From contig OX597817.1 of assembly GCA_951406725.2 (NCBI GenBank), positions 137,330,001 through 137,394,000 on the forward strand: a DNA stretch of 64,000 nucleotides, read 5' to 3'. The notes beneath the pieces are model-generated. The model made no database searches, was not told the origin of the DNA, and saw only the letters and a program-made list of their open reading frames with translations. The DNA is from Octopus vulgaris. Its lineage: Eukaryota. Every line of letters starts with the position of its first letter. Within the stretch, counting starts at the first letter, position 1. The position numbers were made by a program, and so were the translations under genes. Positions 26,906 to 39,847 of the stretch are shown one piece after another.

Positions 26906-29900
26906 GTACACACACACACACACAGAAAGTTTGGTGCGGCTTCAGAAATTATGTTGATTTGGTTTATTTATAAATCTGTCAGCAATATTTGTTAACTAGA
27001 AATGTGTTATATACCTGGTGGTGCTAATCACAGACACACAGACACACACACGTGTATGTGTGTGTGTGTGTAGGACATTGCCATGTACATATTTAGTTAT
27101 GTTTGTTGCAACTTCATCAAATAACCGTCGAATGCGAACATCAACCTTAAATTCTATACCTTGTTCTCCTACAAACCATTACTACTACCCTCGCCACCAC
27201 CATCGCCATTACTGCCACCGTTAGCACCATCCCTACTACCACCCCAACAATGTCATTATCACCAGCTTCGCCACCACCACCACCGTCATCATCATCAAAT
27301 CCATCATCGTCACTACCATTATCATCATCACGCTCATCACCCTCACCATTTCCGCCACCAACACCCCCCCCCCATCTTCATCATCACCATCATCCTCATC
27401 ATCATCTCCTTTGTCAACAAAGTGTTATCATCGTCAGTGCTAGTTTTGACAGCTAAAGCTGCACTTTAGATTGATCCGGTTTAATACCCGTTGTTTTCTC
27501 GGGTATTTTTTTATTATTTCAATGATGTTTTTAACCGCTCAATGCCATTAAAACTTCCCAATCATAAATATAAAACATTGAGATAAATAATAATTTCTTA
27601 TAAATTTCTGGGGTGGGGTACAGCAGCATTGGTCGAGTGGTCAAAGAAGAAGACAACATATGGAAAGATCAGACGATTGCTTTTAATCTTCAGTCGAGCA
27701 TTGTGTCTGTTGCCAGGACATTATCTAATTCTCCAGGGCCCAGTCTACCTAGATGTAAATGTCCTGATGTGGACACAGTCATAATGTAACGAGTCAGAAC
27801 AAAAGTCTAATTAGTATAATCTATACATGTAATTAAAAGAATAATTATTGTCACTAATGATAACCATTGTCAAAGACGTGGGGAAATAATTCTGAAATTA
27901 TAATTGTTTATACTTAAATGAGGGAGAGCATGGACTGGAGGGAGTATGGTCAGTGGTAAGTTAGATTAACCCTAGACGTGTTTTGGCCCTCCTTCATGTT
28001 ACTGGTATTTACCAAACACGAAAATAATGAAGACAATGTACAGGGTGCCCGTGAAGTCCCAGTTATGGATGAGAATATTTAAAATAAAGACGCCGGGAAA
28101 TTTCCCAGGGATGGCTTCTGCATGATGAATATTTAGTTAAGTTTCTTAGCTAAAACATTTTAATTTAGGGAGTAAAAAGAAAATGTTAACCCATTAAAAT
28201 TACACCCAGACGAAAGTTGATTTGATGTTAGCTTACTGTACTGTGGCTGGAAAGATCAATAACCAATCTTATTGATCTTCTTACGAAAATTACAAAGTTT
28301 AGAAACCTTGCGATAAGAGAATGTGTAATCGGTTGAATCAACTCTAGCTTTATAAATGGAACTTATTTCGTATTGACAAAGTTAACCCGAAGGATTTTGG
28401 TCTTCCCAAATGCGAAGGACGAAATAATATAGTCGAGAGTCTCATTATTTCTGAGAAGGCAGGAGATTTATTGGCAGAAATACTTTAATTTTCAATTAAT
28501 ATGATCTGATTTTTTCTGCATTATTATTATCAATTTTTTCTTGAAATAAATTTCTGTAAATTCTTGCATTTCTTCTCAAAGAACAATATCAATTTGATAA
28601 GGGGCATCGATTTTTAATTGTCATCCGACTTTTTCCATCATCCTCCAGTTTCAGAAATACTGCGAAGAGAACAACAGCGCAGCCTGTCGTCACTTGATTA
28701 AGCTTTTGTAGCGGATTTATCGATTAAAGCCGGATGAAGAACAAAGTTAGCTCCAGCTAGGTTGTAGTTTAAAATGTAGAAGGATAAAACTAGCTTCTGT
28801 AATTTTCTGTTTTGTGCGACTCTTTTTCGTTCCCGCCAAGTCACCACTCCACTTTCCTTTTTTTTTTTCCATTTTTTTTTTGGTTCTTTTATTTTTCCTT
28901 ATTTCCTTCCGTTCGTCTAAACGAGGATTCCAGATAGTTTATGAACTGGAAAGTGCTCTGTGACCCCAAAATGATTGGAATAACACATCACTGTTGGCTT
29001 TCCAACCGACCACTCATGTTTGTAACCAACAAAGTTGTTACAACACTTCAATAGACTTCAGATCAGATTTCAAGATAGTCCTGGTTTCCTTATTTTCATT
29101 TTTTTTTTCATTCATGACAATAAGATTTGATAGTATGGTACGCATAAGAGTAGCTTGGAATCAATCTATTAATGTGCTGGGTCGGAGAGTGGAGTCTGAA
29201 GGTTGGTAAAGCGGGAATAGATGATAGAAAGGTGTTTGATTTACCCCCACTCAAATATCACCAGCTTATTCAAATAAAATATCACTTACAAAAAAAAAAA
29301 AACCCACAAAAACTGAGCGATGAAATCATTTCCTTTGTCATTAAAATTAGCGGTTGCTTTGTATCCCAAAATTTCAACGCTTTAATATTATCTCGAACCC
29401 ATAAAGGTAATTTTACTTTCAACATTTTCCTTCTGATCTACATCCTTGTCAATAAGTAGGGTTTCTTTTCACAAGTCACCTGCGTTTTTTTCTAAGAGAT
29501 GTTCCTTTTTAAACGCTGTGACCTTTGACTTAGCGTGAAATTTCTTTTGTGTCAGTGAAAACACAGGAAAGAGGATAACATTCTCCTCACAAACACGAAA
29601 CGCCTCATTGATTTCTCGGTGGTGGCGCTAGGAGTTTTAACGATGGTTATTCACATGCACCCCCATCTCTCACTCCCCCTCTCTCTCTCTCTCCGCATTT
29701 ATCTCTCTTCATTCATCTTTTCTAAACACACGCACTCCCCACCTTCTTGCCATACTCCACCACTAAAAGTTGCTACCCTATTACAATATCTACTACTAAA
29801 ACTACCATCATTACTACCACTAATACTACTAACAATATGGGACAACGAACCAACTTGTATGGGGTCGTACTAAACCAACTAAAAATAACAGCCAAATCTC

Positions 29901-30209
29901 CCTCAAATCATACCTGAACATCTTAAAAGAAGGACACAACAGGCAATGCTGTCTTAGTTATCCCCGAAAAGGATTGTCTCTAATTAGATGTTTACAAAAA
30001 GTTCATTAACAGCGGAGGAGCCGCTCTGAAGACATTCACTTGCTAAAAACAATACCGTAGCTCCCTCAACTCCTATGCTATTGACTTAGAATAAAATGCA
30101 TAGACTACCTACCCCGTCGTCCTTCAATCATCATTACCCTCCTCCTACTCTTCAACATCATCATCATCACCACCACCACCACCATTATCATCATCATCAA
30201 CATCATCAT

Positions 30210-30455
30210 AGTCGTCGTCGTACACGCACACATGCACACACATACACACACAAGTGTGTATGTTTGTCCTCCACCACCGCTTGACACCCGGTGTTGGTCT
30301 GTTTACGCCCCGTAACTTAGCGGTTTGGCAAAAGAAACCGATAGAATAAGTACTAGACTTAAAAAATAGTATTGGGGTCGATTCGCTCGATTAAATACTC
30401 TTCAAGTTCGCGCCCCAGCATGGGCGCAGTCCAATGAATGAAGCAAGTGAAAGAC
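30210..30455 (+). mobile_element. Family-C SINE 3' half in plus orientation
   Basis: ccgcttgacacccggtgttggt...cgtaacttagcggtttggcaaaagaaaccgatagaataagtactag...ccagcatgggcgcagtccaatga. Confidence 0.75.
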
Positions 30456-30529
30456 TATGCAAAATAAGTGAATACTTGGATTATGCAGTCCTCCTCATCC
30501 AAGAGAACCTCCATCTAGAACCAATGAAG

Positions 30530-31035
30530 AACCTACACAGATCCAAGATCACCGTGACCCCCCAACGGTACAAATCCTTGAGCAATTGTAGTTTTCCAAT
30601 CAATAAGCGCATGCTCAGAGGAGGGCTATTCACCCAAACCATTTCTGCACACCCGACCGCTTTTTGATTAATTCTCTAGGGCAGAACACTTCCCTTCCCA
30701 CCCTCTCTTTCTATTCCAAGTAAAACTTTAAAATGTCGATGAGGGCTTGTCTCAAGAAGAAGGTGTTCTTTCTCAATTTTTTCAGCTTCGTGCATCACAA
30801 AACCTCTCATGCCATAGCCACAAGACAATAACACCGTATGTCCTGCCTTGTGGAAGGTGGGGCCGATCTTTACGATTGTCTTGGATGATTGTTGGATTCG
30901 AACTACTCGCTGTAACATCTGTTTCACATAAGCCCGCAGGTCAGCAATGCTTGGATACTGCATGTGCGCGTACAGTACAGTTTCGTCGCTCTGCAAACAT
31001 CCCGGGCAGTCCAACCGAAGCCATACAAAAGACAG
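30530..31035 (-). mobile_element. Decayed L1/Tx1-like ORF2 C-terminal fragment
   Basis: CPGCLQSDETVLYAHMQYPSIADL resembles the CxxC...ETxxH...C zinc knuckle downstream of RT; it is degenerate. Confidence 0.55.
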
Positions 31036-31281
31036 AAACATAGACAAATAACTTGAAATAAGAATAACAAGCGCAGATGTCGTCGGGGGCCGGTGTATAA
31101 GACGGACCCCAGAATTTCTGTTACGACGTAGAAATGACCGACATACGCTGTATTAAACTGGACAGTTTGGATTTGACTCGGCAACTGGGAATATTTCACA
31201 AGATAGATGCAGATGCATGCCTTTTTAACCTGATTTATAGAGGTGACTCCCAAAGCATAAATACTGGTAACCCCCAGTTAT

Positions 31282-31986
31282 ATTACTACACGAAACTTTG
31301 CCCTTTTATCAAGCACACCTTATATAAGACAACCAACTACCAGAAATAGCAGCCAAATATCCATATCACACTCTATCTTCTATAAAAAAAAAAAAGAAAA
31401 ATAATGGAAGTACACATTAGATACTGTAGTCCTAGATTATTAAAGGCTTTTATGTGGCGTTTAAGGTTATCTTCCATACATTCACAAATATGTTAGAATC
31501 TGGTACTAATACTCGTTTATTCCAGTGACCGAAAAGTCTATAGAAAAAAAAGAGAATTACCTAGGAGGCCCCGAAATGGGATCGAACCCGAAGTTTGGAG
31601 CCTGCAAACCAAACTTCATAATTATTTGTCTAATCTTTCTATAAATACTTCTTTTGAAACGTAACTGTAAATTTGAATACAGAATATTCAGTATTTCATA
31701 TTTTGTTGTAGTTTTCATGTTAACATGGCAAGTAATGTGAGAAGGTTACTGTTCTCTAACACCAGGCTAGCGTTGATCATTGTAAACCGATGATCAAAGA
31801 ATTTGCAGCCTTCACGACCCCAAACAGTGAATATCTAGGACTACAGTATCTAATGTGTACTTCCATTTTTTTCTTTTTTTTTTTATAGAAGATTGAGTGT
31901 GATATGAATATTTGACTGCTATTTCTGGTAGTTGGTTGTCTTATATAATGTGTGCTTGATAAAAGGGCAAAGTTTCGTGTAGTAAT
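31282..31986. repeat. Inverted repeat with ~155-bp arms (31282-31437 / 31833-31986) and a ~395-bp spacer
   Basis: The arms are reverse complements with only a few substitutions. Confidence 0.92.
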
Positions 31987-32172
31987 TAGCTGTTGTCACC
32001 ACGATTCCCACAGTGACACAAAGGGAGTGAGGGACTAGACACAGGAAAGGCTAGGACGAAGCAGGGTTGATAGGTGGGGTTGGGGGCTGTGTTAAGAAAC
32101 ACACTAATGATTGCACTAAATTAGTCTGAACACATCTCAGCCACATACTTAACGCAGAAGCATATATACAGC

Positions 32173-32214
<42 letters not shown>

Positions 32215-32228
32215 TTATCTATTTATCT

Positions 32229-32400
32229 AGTTGGAATTTACAAAAAGAAAAAAAGTGTGGGGGGGGGACGGTTGTGTAAACAGCAAACAGATGTATTAGT
32301 ATGACGCTCGGGAAGTGAGAAAGTCTTTTACGTTTCGAGCCTACGCTCTTCTACAGAAAGGGACACAGAAATAAACAGGAAGAGAAAATAGAAAAAGGTT
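32229..32400 (-). mobile_element. Penelope-like terminal fragment, paralog of 63270-63430
   Basis: The reverse complement reads ...ctgtagaagagcgtaggctcgaaacgtaaaagactttctcacttcccgagcgtc... and abuts a (TATC)n tract. Confidence 0.5.
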
Positions 32401-32514
32401 TGGTGGCTAGCGATCTATCATATACATACACACATACACTCGGTCGTTTCTACATACATGTATGCATATGCGATTGCCTGTACAAACAGATACATTGGCA
32501 TATATATATGTGTG

Positions 32515-32584
<70 letters not shown>

Positions 32585-32999
32585 CATACATATATACATA
32601 CATATATACATACATACATACATACATATATACATACATACATATATGCATATACACACTTACCTGTTCGCAAACGCACCCATCCTGAGACGTTGACCTT
32701 TGCACATGCTGTCGCACCTCTACAAGCCTTCATTTGCAACTATACGCCTCACCTACATAAACACCCACTATTACATGCCTCCACGCACACACACCAATCT
32801 ACACATATGCAGCACACCTGCATACATGCGCACAATCCCCTTTATGCGCACACGTTTGACGAGGACGAGGTTGCGCCTACATGGTCGTCGCTTGACTTGC
32901 TAGAAATAGCAGCCAAATCTCTCTCCCTCTATCTTTCCCTGTTACAGCCTGTCGCTGTCTCTGTCCGTCTGTATCTGTCTGTCTCTGTCTTTGTCGCTG

Positions 33000-33037
<38 letters not shown>

Positions 33038-33439
33038 GTCACAACTGATCGACTTAAAATGTGTAGAGAGAACTACAGTTTGGTGCCCCAACCTCAGCGA
33101 TTTTGTCTCGTCGTAACTATATTTATAAATGAATATTTTGTTATGAAATTTTGCAGACATATTTTTTTACCGAAGTTGCAGAGTACAATTATGTTGATAA
33201 AATTCCCAAAACAATTTTGGGCCATTTTCGTATCATTCTTTCCGCCCCCACCGCCCCGAATTTGCTTCCTCACAATTCTAACATCTTTATTTTTAAATGA
33301 CATACATTTTCGAGGGCATAGATTATGCAACGCTGACCTCTCGGACAAATAAATCATTTAAAAAAAGTGTAAATTCCTAAAGTTACGGAAATTGTTGTAG
33401 ACAACTGCGGGGAAGGATGTAAAAGAATGACCCTTAATA

Positions 33440-33750
33440 CTTCCAAAACAACGGGCATTCTGGCGGTTATGGTGATGAAGGTTCCAGTTGATTTTATCAA
33501 CGTGTAAGTGGTTTATCCCTCTACAGGCACGCGTGCCCTTAATGAAGTTCTCAGGGAGATTCAACATGACGTGGAATATGAAAAAGCTGGCCTTTTCAAT
33601 TACAGGTACAACTGATTTTTACGAACTGAGTGGACTGAAGCAAAGTGAAATAAAGTGTCTTGTTTAAGGACACAGCGCATCTCCGGAAATCAAACACAGG
33701 ACCATACGATCGTGAGACGAATACCCTAACCACTAAGCCATGTGCCTTCC
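33440..33750 (-). mobile_element. Older diverged SINE related to family A, with a different central segment
   Basis: Shares the head (accctaaccactaagccatg) and 3' body (gttctcagggagattcaacatgac...caggtacaac). The middle is gagtggactg..gtgaaataaagtgtcttg..aaggacaca, also seen at 39460-39510. Confidence 0.65.
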
Positions 33751-34094
33751 AAAGCAATGATCAGCATAATCATAAGGCCCACCCTCGAACAATGCTATGT
33801 CCGCAAATCCTTGAAGAATATGCGTTTTTCAGAAGTTATGAAGGAACAAAATCGAGGGAGACTGGCATGAAACTTTAGATACAGTCGCGGCTGAACCTAA
33901 CACGCACACACGCACACACACACACACACAAACAAACAAACACACACACACAAACAAACAAACACACACACACACGCATAAGTGAGGAGAGATGGTCATG
34001 TATTTTCATAGATGCTGGCTGTATTACATAATTAGAAGCACCACTCAGTCGAATACACAACACTCACACTTTGCCTGTGTGTGTGTGTGTGAAC

Positions 34095-34300
34095 GCATGT
34101 ATATGGGTGTACGCGTGTATATGCGTGTATGCGTTTATACATGTGTGTGTGTGTACGCGTGTATATGGGTGTATGCGTTTATACATGTGTGTGTACGCGT
34201 GTATATGCGTGTATGCGTTTATACATGTGTGTACGCGTGTATGCGTTTATACATGTATGTGTGTGTGTACGCGTGTATATGGGTGTATGCGTTTATGCAT
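34095..34300. repeat. Minisatellite built from gtgtacgcgtgtatat(g/gg)cgtgtatgcgtttatacatgt-like units
   Basis: About five imperfect copies are visible. Confidence 0.75.
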
Positions 34301-35458
34301 TTGTATGTGTGTGTGTGTTGGGGGATAAAAAGAACATTATTTTATGTAACAAAGTACAGTTTGTTAGTTCGATGAAGTTACGACAGAGGTGCCTGTGTCT
34401 TAAGTATGAAGACTAATCGTAAAATATATCATAACAATGACATACCTGAGGAAGATATAGCAGAGCTGCGGATTTAAGGGGTTTTTGAAGGGTCATTTAT
34501 TCCTGCAGGGTTCTCAGCCGAACTCTGAACTCTCTGTGAATAAATTCCATTGACTTTGTTGGCTGTAGTTCGATCCGTCTAGTGTCCCCCACTCTTGCAG
34601 ACATACAATGATAGGGGACGCGAAGGGGTCACGCATTTTCAACGAGGGACACCTTTTGTTGTAATTTGTTGTTGTTCTTTTCTTGTTTTTGTTGAAGTAA
34701 ATAACAAACTTCCCTATAGTAGAAGTATTCTCTTCATGTTTGTTGTTGTTGTCGCTGTTGTTGTTGTTGTTGTTGTTGTTGCCAACGCTGGAGCGACATG
34801 CTACACCGACGACGACGCCCTCAACAAATGACAACCTCACTTGTTGCTACTACTTTATCAATTAAACTGCTCTGAGTCACGTGAAAGAAACAAGTTCTCG
34901 CCTAACCTCCGAACCTTCATTCATCTAGCTCTCCCCGCCCCCTCCCCCACCCATTCAATCCCACAATCCCCCCATCCCAGTTGCTTTGTTATTGTGTCTT
35001 TTTTTTTGTATTTTGCTTGTTGGCGGCATTTATTTTAATTTGTTTTTCATTGTAAATCACAAACTGGGTCCTCTCACATAGATCTTCTTTAATAAGAGCT
35101 TTAAACAATTGAAAGGGATCTTCGTCGATGCCGACGACAGCATTTAGTTGTTTCATCCATTCGACTCATTGAATAATTAGCATGTAGGTGGCTGAGTATC
35201 TCACAAACAAGTGACCTTTTAACGTAATTTTCAAACAGTGGATCATATGGCTGGGCCTTGAAATTGCAGGGAGAATCTACCCTACGGGTTTCCGTACAGT
35301 TTCCAGCAACTCCGTCTAACTCACTAAGATTGGCCCTGGGGACTAGCAATAAGACAATGCGGGCAAATATGGGACCATGTGTGCCAAGTGAACCCTTTAA
35401 CCATTCACTGATGTGCATGTGCGCGTGCGCGAATGTGTATTTGTATGTGTTGGTGTGC

Positions 35459-35515
<57 letters not shown>

Positions 35516-35874
35516 CGTGTATGTGTAGGCATCAACTTTAAAATTCATCCGTAGCTTAATCCCAGTGCTATCCGTCCCCTACAAAAGTCATGTGTACGTC
35601 TAATTGACTCTTGTCTCTTTTTAGTTTTTATTTTTGATTTGCCTATATATATATGTGTGTGTGTGTATATGTACATATATATATATATACGCCCGAAGGT
35701 TGGTTAGACGTCACTGGATGAAAGTAAATTGCGGAGTCGACTGAAGACAGAGAAAGAATAAAACAATATCGTCTTTCGAAAAGTTGTTCAGATCAGTGAT
35801 ATTTAGGGGATGGAACCTTTGACGAAAGTCGAGCCGAAGGATGATTGCATAAAGGATGAATAAAAATAGAGAGA

Positions 35875-36080
35875 GAGAAGAAGAAGAAGAAGAAGAAGAA
35901 GAAGAAGAAGAAGAAGAAGAAGAAGAAGAAGAAAAAGAAGGAGAAAAATAAGAAGAAGGAGAAGAAGAAGAAGAAGAAGAAGAAGAAGAAAAGAAAAAGA
36001 AGAAGAAGGAGGAGGAGGAGGAGGAGAAGAAGAAGAAGAAGAACAACAACAACAACAACAACAACAACAATAACAACAAC
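35875..36080. repeat. Compound (GAA)n/(GAG)n/(CAA)n triplet tract
   Basis: Seen directly. Confidence 0.95.
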
Positions 36081-36699
36081 AAGTAAATGATAATAAAAGC
36101 CATTTGTTTTGATGTTTCTTGTAGCTAAACTACATTCTTCTCGTGTGTACAGATGGTTGGAATGTTTAGGATAGAATTAAAGCACGATTTGGAGGACATT
36201 TCTGGTTGTCAATTTATAGAACCGTCTTTAACCTTGAAATATGCTTACTTATAGGACTTGACTTCTGTATACATATACATTCACCCCCCTCCACACACAC
36301 ACACACACACACAACGCACACATTCAATACTAAAATAAAAAAAGACGCAGACCTTACACCCAGGTACCCTGCTACACAATGACTCATCGATACGCACCTA
36401 CCAAGAAATAAAATAGATATAAGGAACCCAAACCACACCCACATACGCACACCCTTGCCATATCAATACACACATATCTATATGGAGACAGATGTCGTTG
36501 TAGACTCGATGCGTCTCCAAGCTTAATATTCCCACCTGGCACCTTGGGCGGAATCGTTGACGGAGTCTATTCTTGTAAGGTCTCCAGTTTGACAACATCC
36601 TCTTCCTTCCTGGTTCAAGGTATTGTCTTTTGTCCTGACGGAAATATAAAAGTTTCCATGCATCCATCCATCCATCCACACATACATACAAAGATATCA

Positions 36700-37310
36700 C
36701 AAACCTTCACGTTTTGACTAAGCTATACCAATGTGGAAGATATCACCCATATCATCAGCAGTTGCCCCAAAATGTCTACGAGACACTACTTGTCCTTGAG
36801 GCATATCATAGTTGCAAAGATTATTTACAATGCTATCATCAGGAAGGATTGCCTTGACGTATACATCAAAGGCACATCAAAGCCAGCATGTCTTCACAGT
36901 TTTGGAAACAAGCAATACTGGAGGAACACTCCCATAAAAAAAAACATCAATTCGGTGCAAACATAACAGAGCTGATATTGTTCTGTGGAACATAAGGAAC
37001 GAAAGTCATGCGCAGTTGAAGAGATCAACAGCCCAGTGGATGTGAATGCACAATTGAAAGTCCAGGGAAAAGAGAACATTTCTGGCCAATTAATGCAGGG
37101 CTTACAGCTCTTGGACCCTGACTATGAATTCTCATTTTTATGAGGCATCAAAGGTGCATTTAGGTTATGCTCCAACATTTTTTGCTCAAAAGCCTAGAAA
37201 TACTTAGTTTCACGGAAAAAGAACAAAGGAAACCGGTGCGGACTCTCCTAATCGAGGCAATCAGTGGCACAGTGAAGACTTGTAAGACATTCGAAAGATT
37301 CTCCATATGA
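36700..37310 (+). mobile_element. Decayed RLE-type (R4/NeSL-like) non-LTR retrotransposon 3' fragment
   Basis: Frameshifted segments EDITHIISSCP...RH..VAK, YW.NTPI and CKHNRADIVLW match the CCHC knuckle followed by the (R)PD-x-D restriction-like endonuclease. Confidence 0.7.
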
Positions 37311-37966
37311 GATTCTTTAGATACATGCACTTGGGTGTGTGCATCAGCAGCTCAACTAACACACCAACTCAATCACTTATTTACAAACATAAAATCAAAA
37401 AGTCTTGTCACTTTTTTAGCGACCGGTTTCGACTCTCTTAAGAAGAGCTTAAATAAAACTCAAAGAAAACATACATTCTTTTTCTTTCTTTTTTTTACTT
37501 GTTTCAGTCATTTGACTGCGGTCATGCTGGAGCACCGCATTTGGTCGAGCAAATCGACTTATTCTTTGTAAGCCTAGATATAAGAGATATAAGAGATATA
37601 GTCGGGTTGAGACATAGCAATAATGGAGTCCACGATACATAATGTCACAAAGAAAAGATGGCTAGAGTATTTTTGATCATATAATTGTTGGGTCTGGGTT
37701 GGTCTGGGGTCAAACAACAACAGTGATGTTGACGAATCAGAGATAAAGCGCCTATGTTGTCACCCGAGCTGCTAAACATAACAACTAAATAACCAAAAAC
37801 ACCCACACTTATCATCTTAATAATGGATATTGTAAACTTAGAAGAAAAAGACAGGAAAGTGGTCACAGCTGGAACGTCTTTGTTCCTGGGTTTGCTTCAT
37901 TAAGGCTGAACTTACTTGTTACAGAATTGTAGAAGACAATGAAAACTGCTATTTATTGGCGACAGA

Positions 37967-38435
37967 AACTGTATTACTACCAGAAGGCAATCTTTATGGC
38001 GAGGATTTGTTAGAGGGCCGAATATTGCGTTATTAGACTCGAGAGATCCTCTTCTACAGGCGCACGATTCATTAAAGCAGAGACATGAATCGTAGCAGAC
38101 AAGAAGTGTCTGTTATGGGCGCCAGAACTCCCATATCACGTGATTTCAGTCTTCCGGACCTCATCAGTGGGAGGCATCCGGTTATCGCTTGCCTGTCAAA
38201 TCTCGCTGCCTCGATCTATATAGCATCAGCACTGATGTCTCAAATAGCCAGCGAGCTTATTAAAAATTATTAGCGTGAAAGCAGTATTAGTACCAAAAAG
38301 GCAATTGTTAAATCCAATTTAACATGGATGTTTCATTTGGACACCGAATACTGCGTTATTAGAATCGAGAGATCGTTTCATATGGGAGTATAAAAACACA
38401 GACATAAATCTTAGCAGACGAGAATCGTCTATTTT
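37967..38435. repeat. Diverged direct repeat (~150 bp, period ~310-325 bp) bracketing the hammerhead
   Basis: ccgaata(t/c)tgcgttattaga(c/a)tcgagagatc at 38018 and 38344; gtatta.tacca.aaggcaat and agacat.aatc.tagcagac are also repeated. Confidence 0.75.
38128..38173 (-). ncRNA. Minimal type-I hammerhead ribozyme
   Basis: Minus strand: CTCCCA CTGATGA GGTC-CGGAA-GACT GAAA TCACGTGA TA^ TGGGAG. Full CUGANGA/GAAA core, 6-bp helix I, 4-bp helix II, palindromic helix III and an AUA cleavage triplet. Confidence 0.85.
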
Positions 38436-38665
38436 GTTTACCCCCTCTCTCTGTCTTTTACTCGCCTCCCTCTCTCATTTTGTCGTTGTGTCCTTCTCAT
38501 TTCTCCCTCCCTCCTCGACTCTACATCTCTCGTGATTTATGATAAATCGATTGTTTCTTAAATCAATTGATGATATAAGTATAAAGATGATACTATACTG
38601 AGATACAGAAATAGAAAGATAATTCTACACTGAAATATATATTTGAACAACTGTTCCGTTGTATT

Positions 38666-38759
38666 GCCCCGGTGGCGCAATCGGTTAGCGCGCCGTACTT
38701 ATAGACAGTACGTTCACATAAAAATGCGGAGGTTGTGAGTTCGACCCTCACTCGGGGCA
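38666..38759 (+). tRNA. tRNA-Ile-TAT: tRNA-Ile(TAT) with a 20-nt intron (38704-38723)
   Basis: GCCCCGG/TCGGGGC acceptor stem plus discriminator A; A box TGGCGCAATCGG; anticodon stem CCGTA/TGCGG with loop CT-TAT-A^A; B box GTTCGACCC; TTTT terminator at ~38765. Closely matches metazoan intron-containing Ile-TAT tRNAs. Confidence 0.95.
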
Positions 38760-39052
38760 ATAACTTTTGCTTCTAAGATTGAGTTCGCGAGATTTCATAA
38801 GCTCTCCATAGTTAGAAGAGTTAGGTTATCAAATTTATTTTCTTTTTGTTTTCTTAAACAAGAAGGGGCTTACCTGTTAGCTGTGAACTACACATACCCG
38901 AATGCTGGGCCGGTAATTCGACGACTTTCGTAGAAACAATTCCGTGTTTTTTGCATTGAAGAATTAAGTTTTCTTTCAAGTGAAAAATTGACTGCAAGGG
39001 AAAACTATTCATGGTCAGGGGGCGAGTGTATTATGGGCCAGTTGCATGTATT

Positions 39053-39337
39053 CTTTTCTTTTATTTGTTTCAGTCATTTGACTGCGGCCATGCTGGAGCA
39101 CCACCTTTAGACAAACAAATCGACCCCAGGATTTATTCTTTGTAAGCATTGTACCTATTCTATCGGTCTCTCTTGCTGCTAATTTACGGGGTTGTAAACA
39201 CACCATCATCGGTTGTTAAGCAATGGTTGGGTGACAAATACAGACACACAAACATATATATATACGACGGGCTTCTTTCAGTTTCCGTATATCAAATCCA
39301 CTCGCAAGTATTTGTTCGGCCTGGAAACACCTGCCCA
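39053..39337 (-). mobile_element. 5'-truncated SINE, family C
   Basis: tgtttcagtcatttgactgcggccatgctggagcacc...gacgggcttctttcagtttccgt. Confidence 0.8.
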
Positions 39338-39399
39338 TAGTATCAATTCGAGTCTAGAGTAGGTAAAAATAAATAAATATTTCCTTCTCGGACCATGCC

Positions 39400-39592
39400 A
39401 GGCTCATGTCTCCACCTGGATAGGATGCCAGTCTGTCGCAGGGTTAGTCATTCTTGCCAGCTGAGTGGACTGATGCAACGTGAAATGAAGCGCTTTGCTC
39501 AAGAATACAACGCATCGCCCGGGCCAGGAATTGAAACCGCAATCTTACGATCATGAGTCGAACACCCTAACCACTTAGCAACGCGTTTTCAC
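39400..39592 (-). mobile_element. Diverged SINE 5' part, same type as 33440
   Basis: ctgagtggactgatgcaacgtgaaatgaagcgctttgctcaagaatacaacgc...accctaaccacttagc. Confidence 0.6.
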
Positions 39593-39847
39593 TGTCTCCA
39601 GTAGATAATGACATGTTATTTCTCCTACAACAGAATCGTTATTGTTGTTGCTATTGTTGTTGTTGCTGTTGTTGTTTAATGCGATGATGTAACCTTATAA
39701 ATGTAAACATGTCTTCTATTTCTCGCATCAGTCATTTATCCGTCTTTAAGATTGTTCGTTTTTATTAATCGGAATTAAGGAATAATACATTTCTAAATCG
39801 CTCAGAGAGATTTATACAGTAGAAACATGATAAAGTGGTGGCATGCT

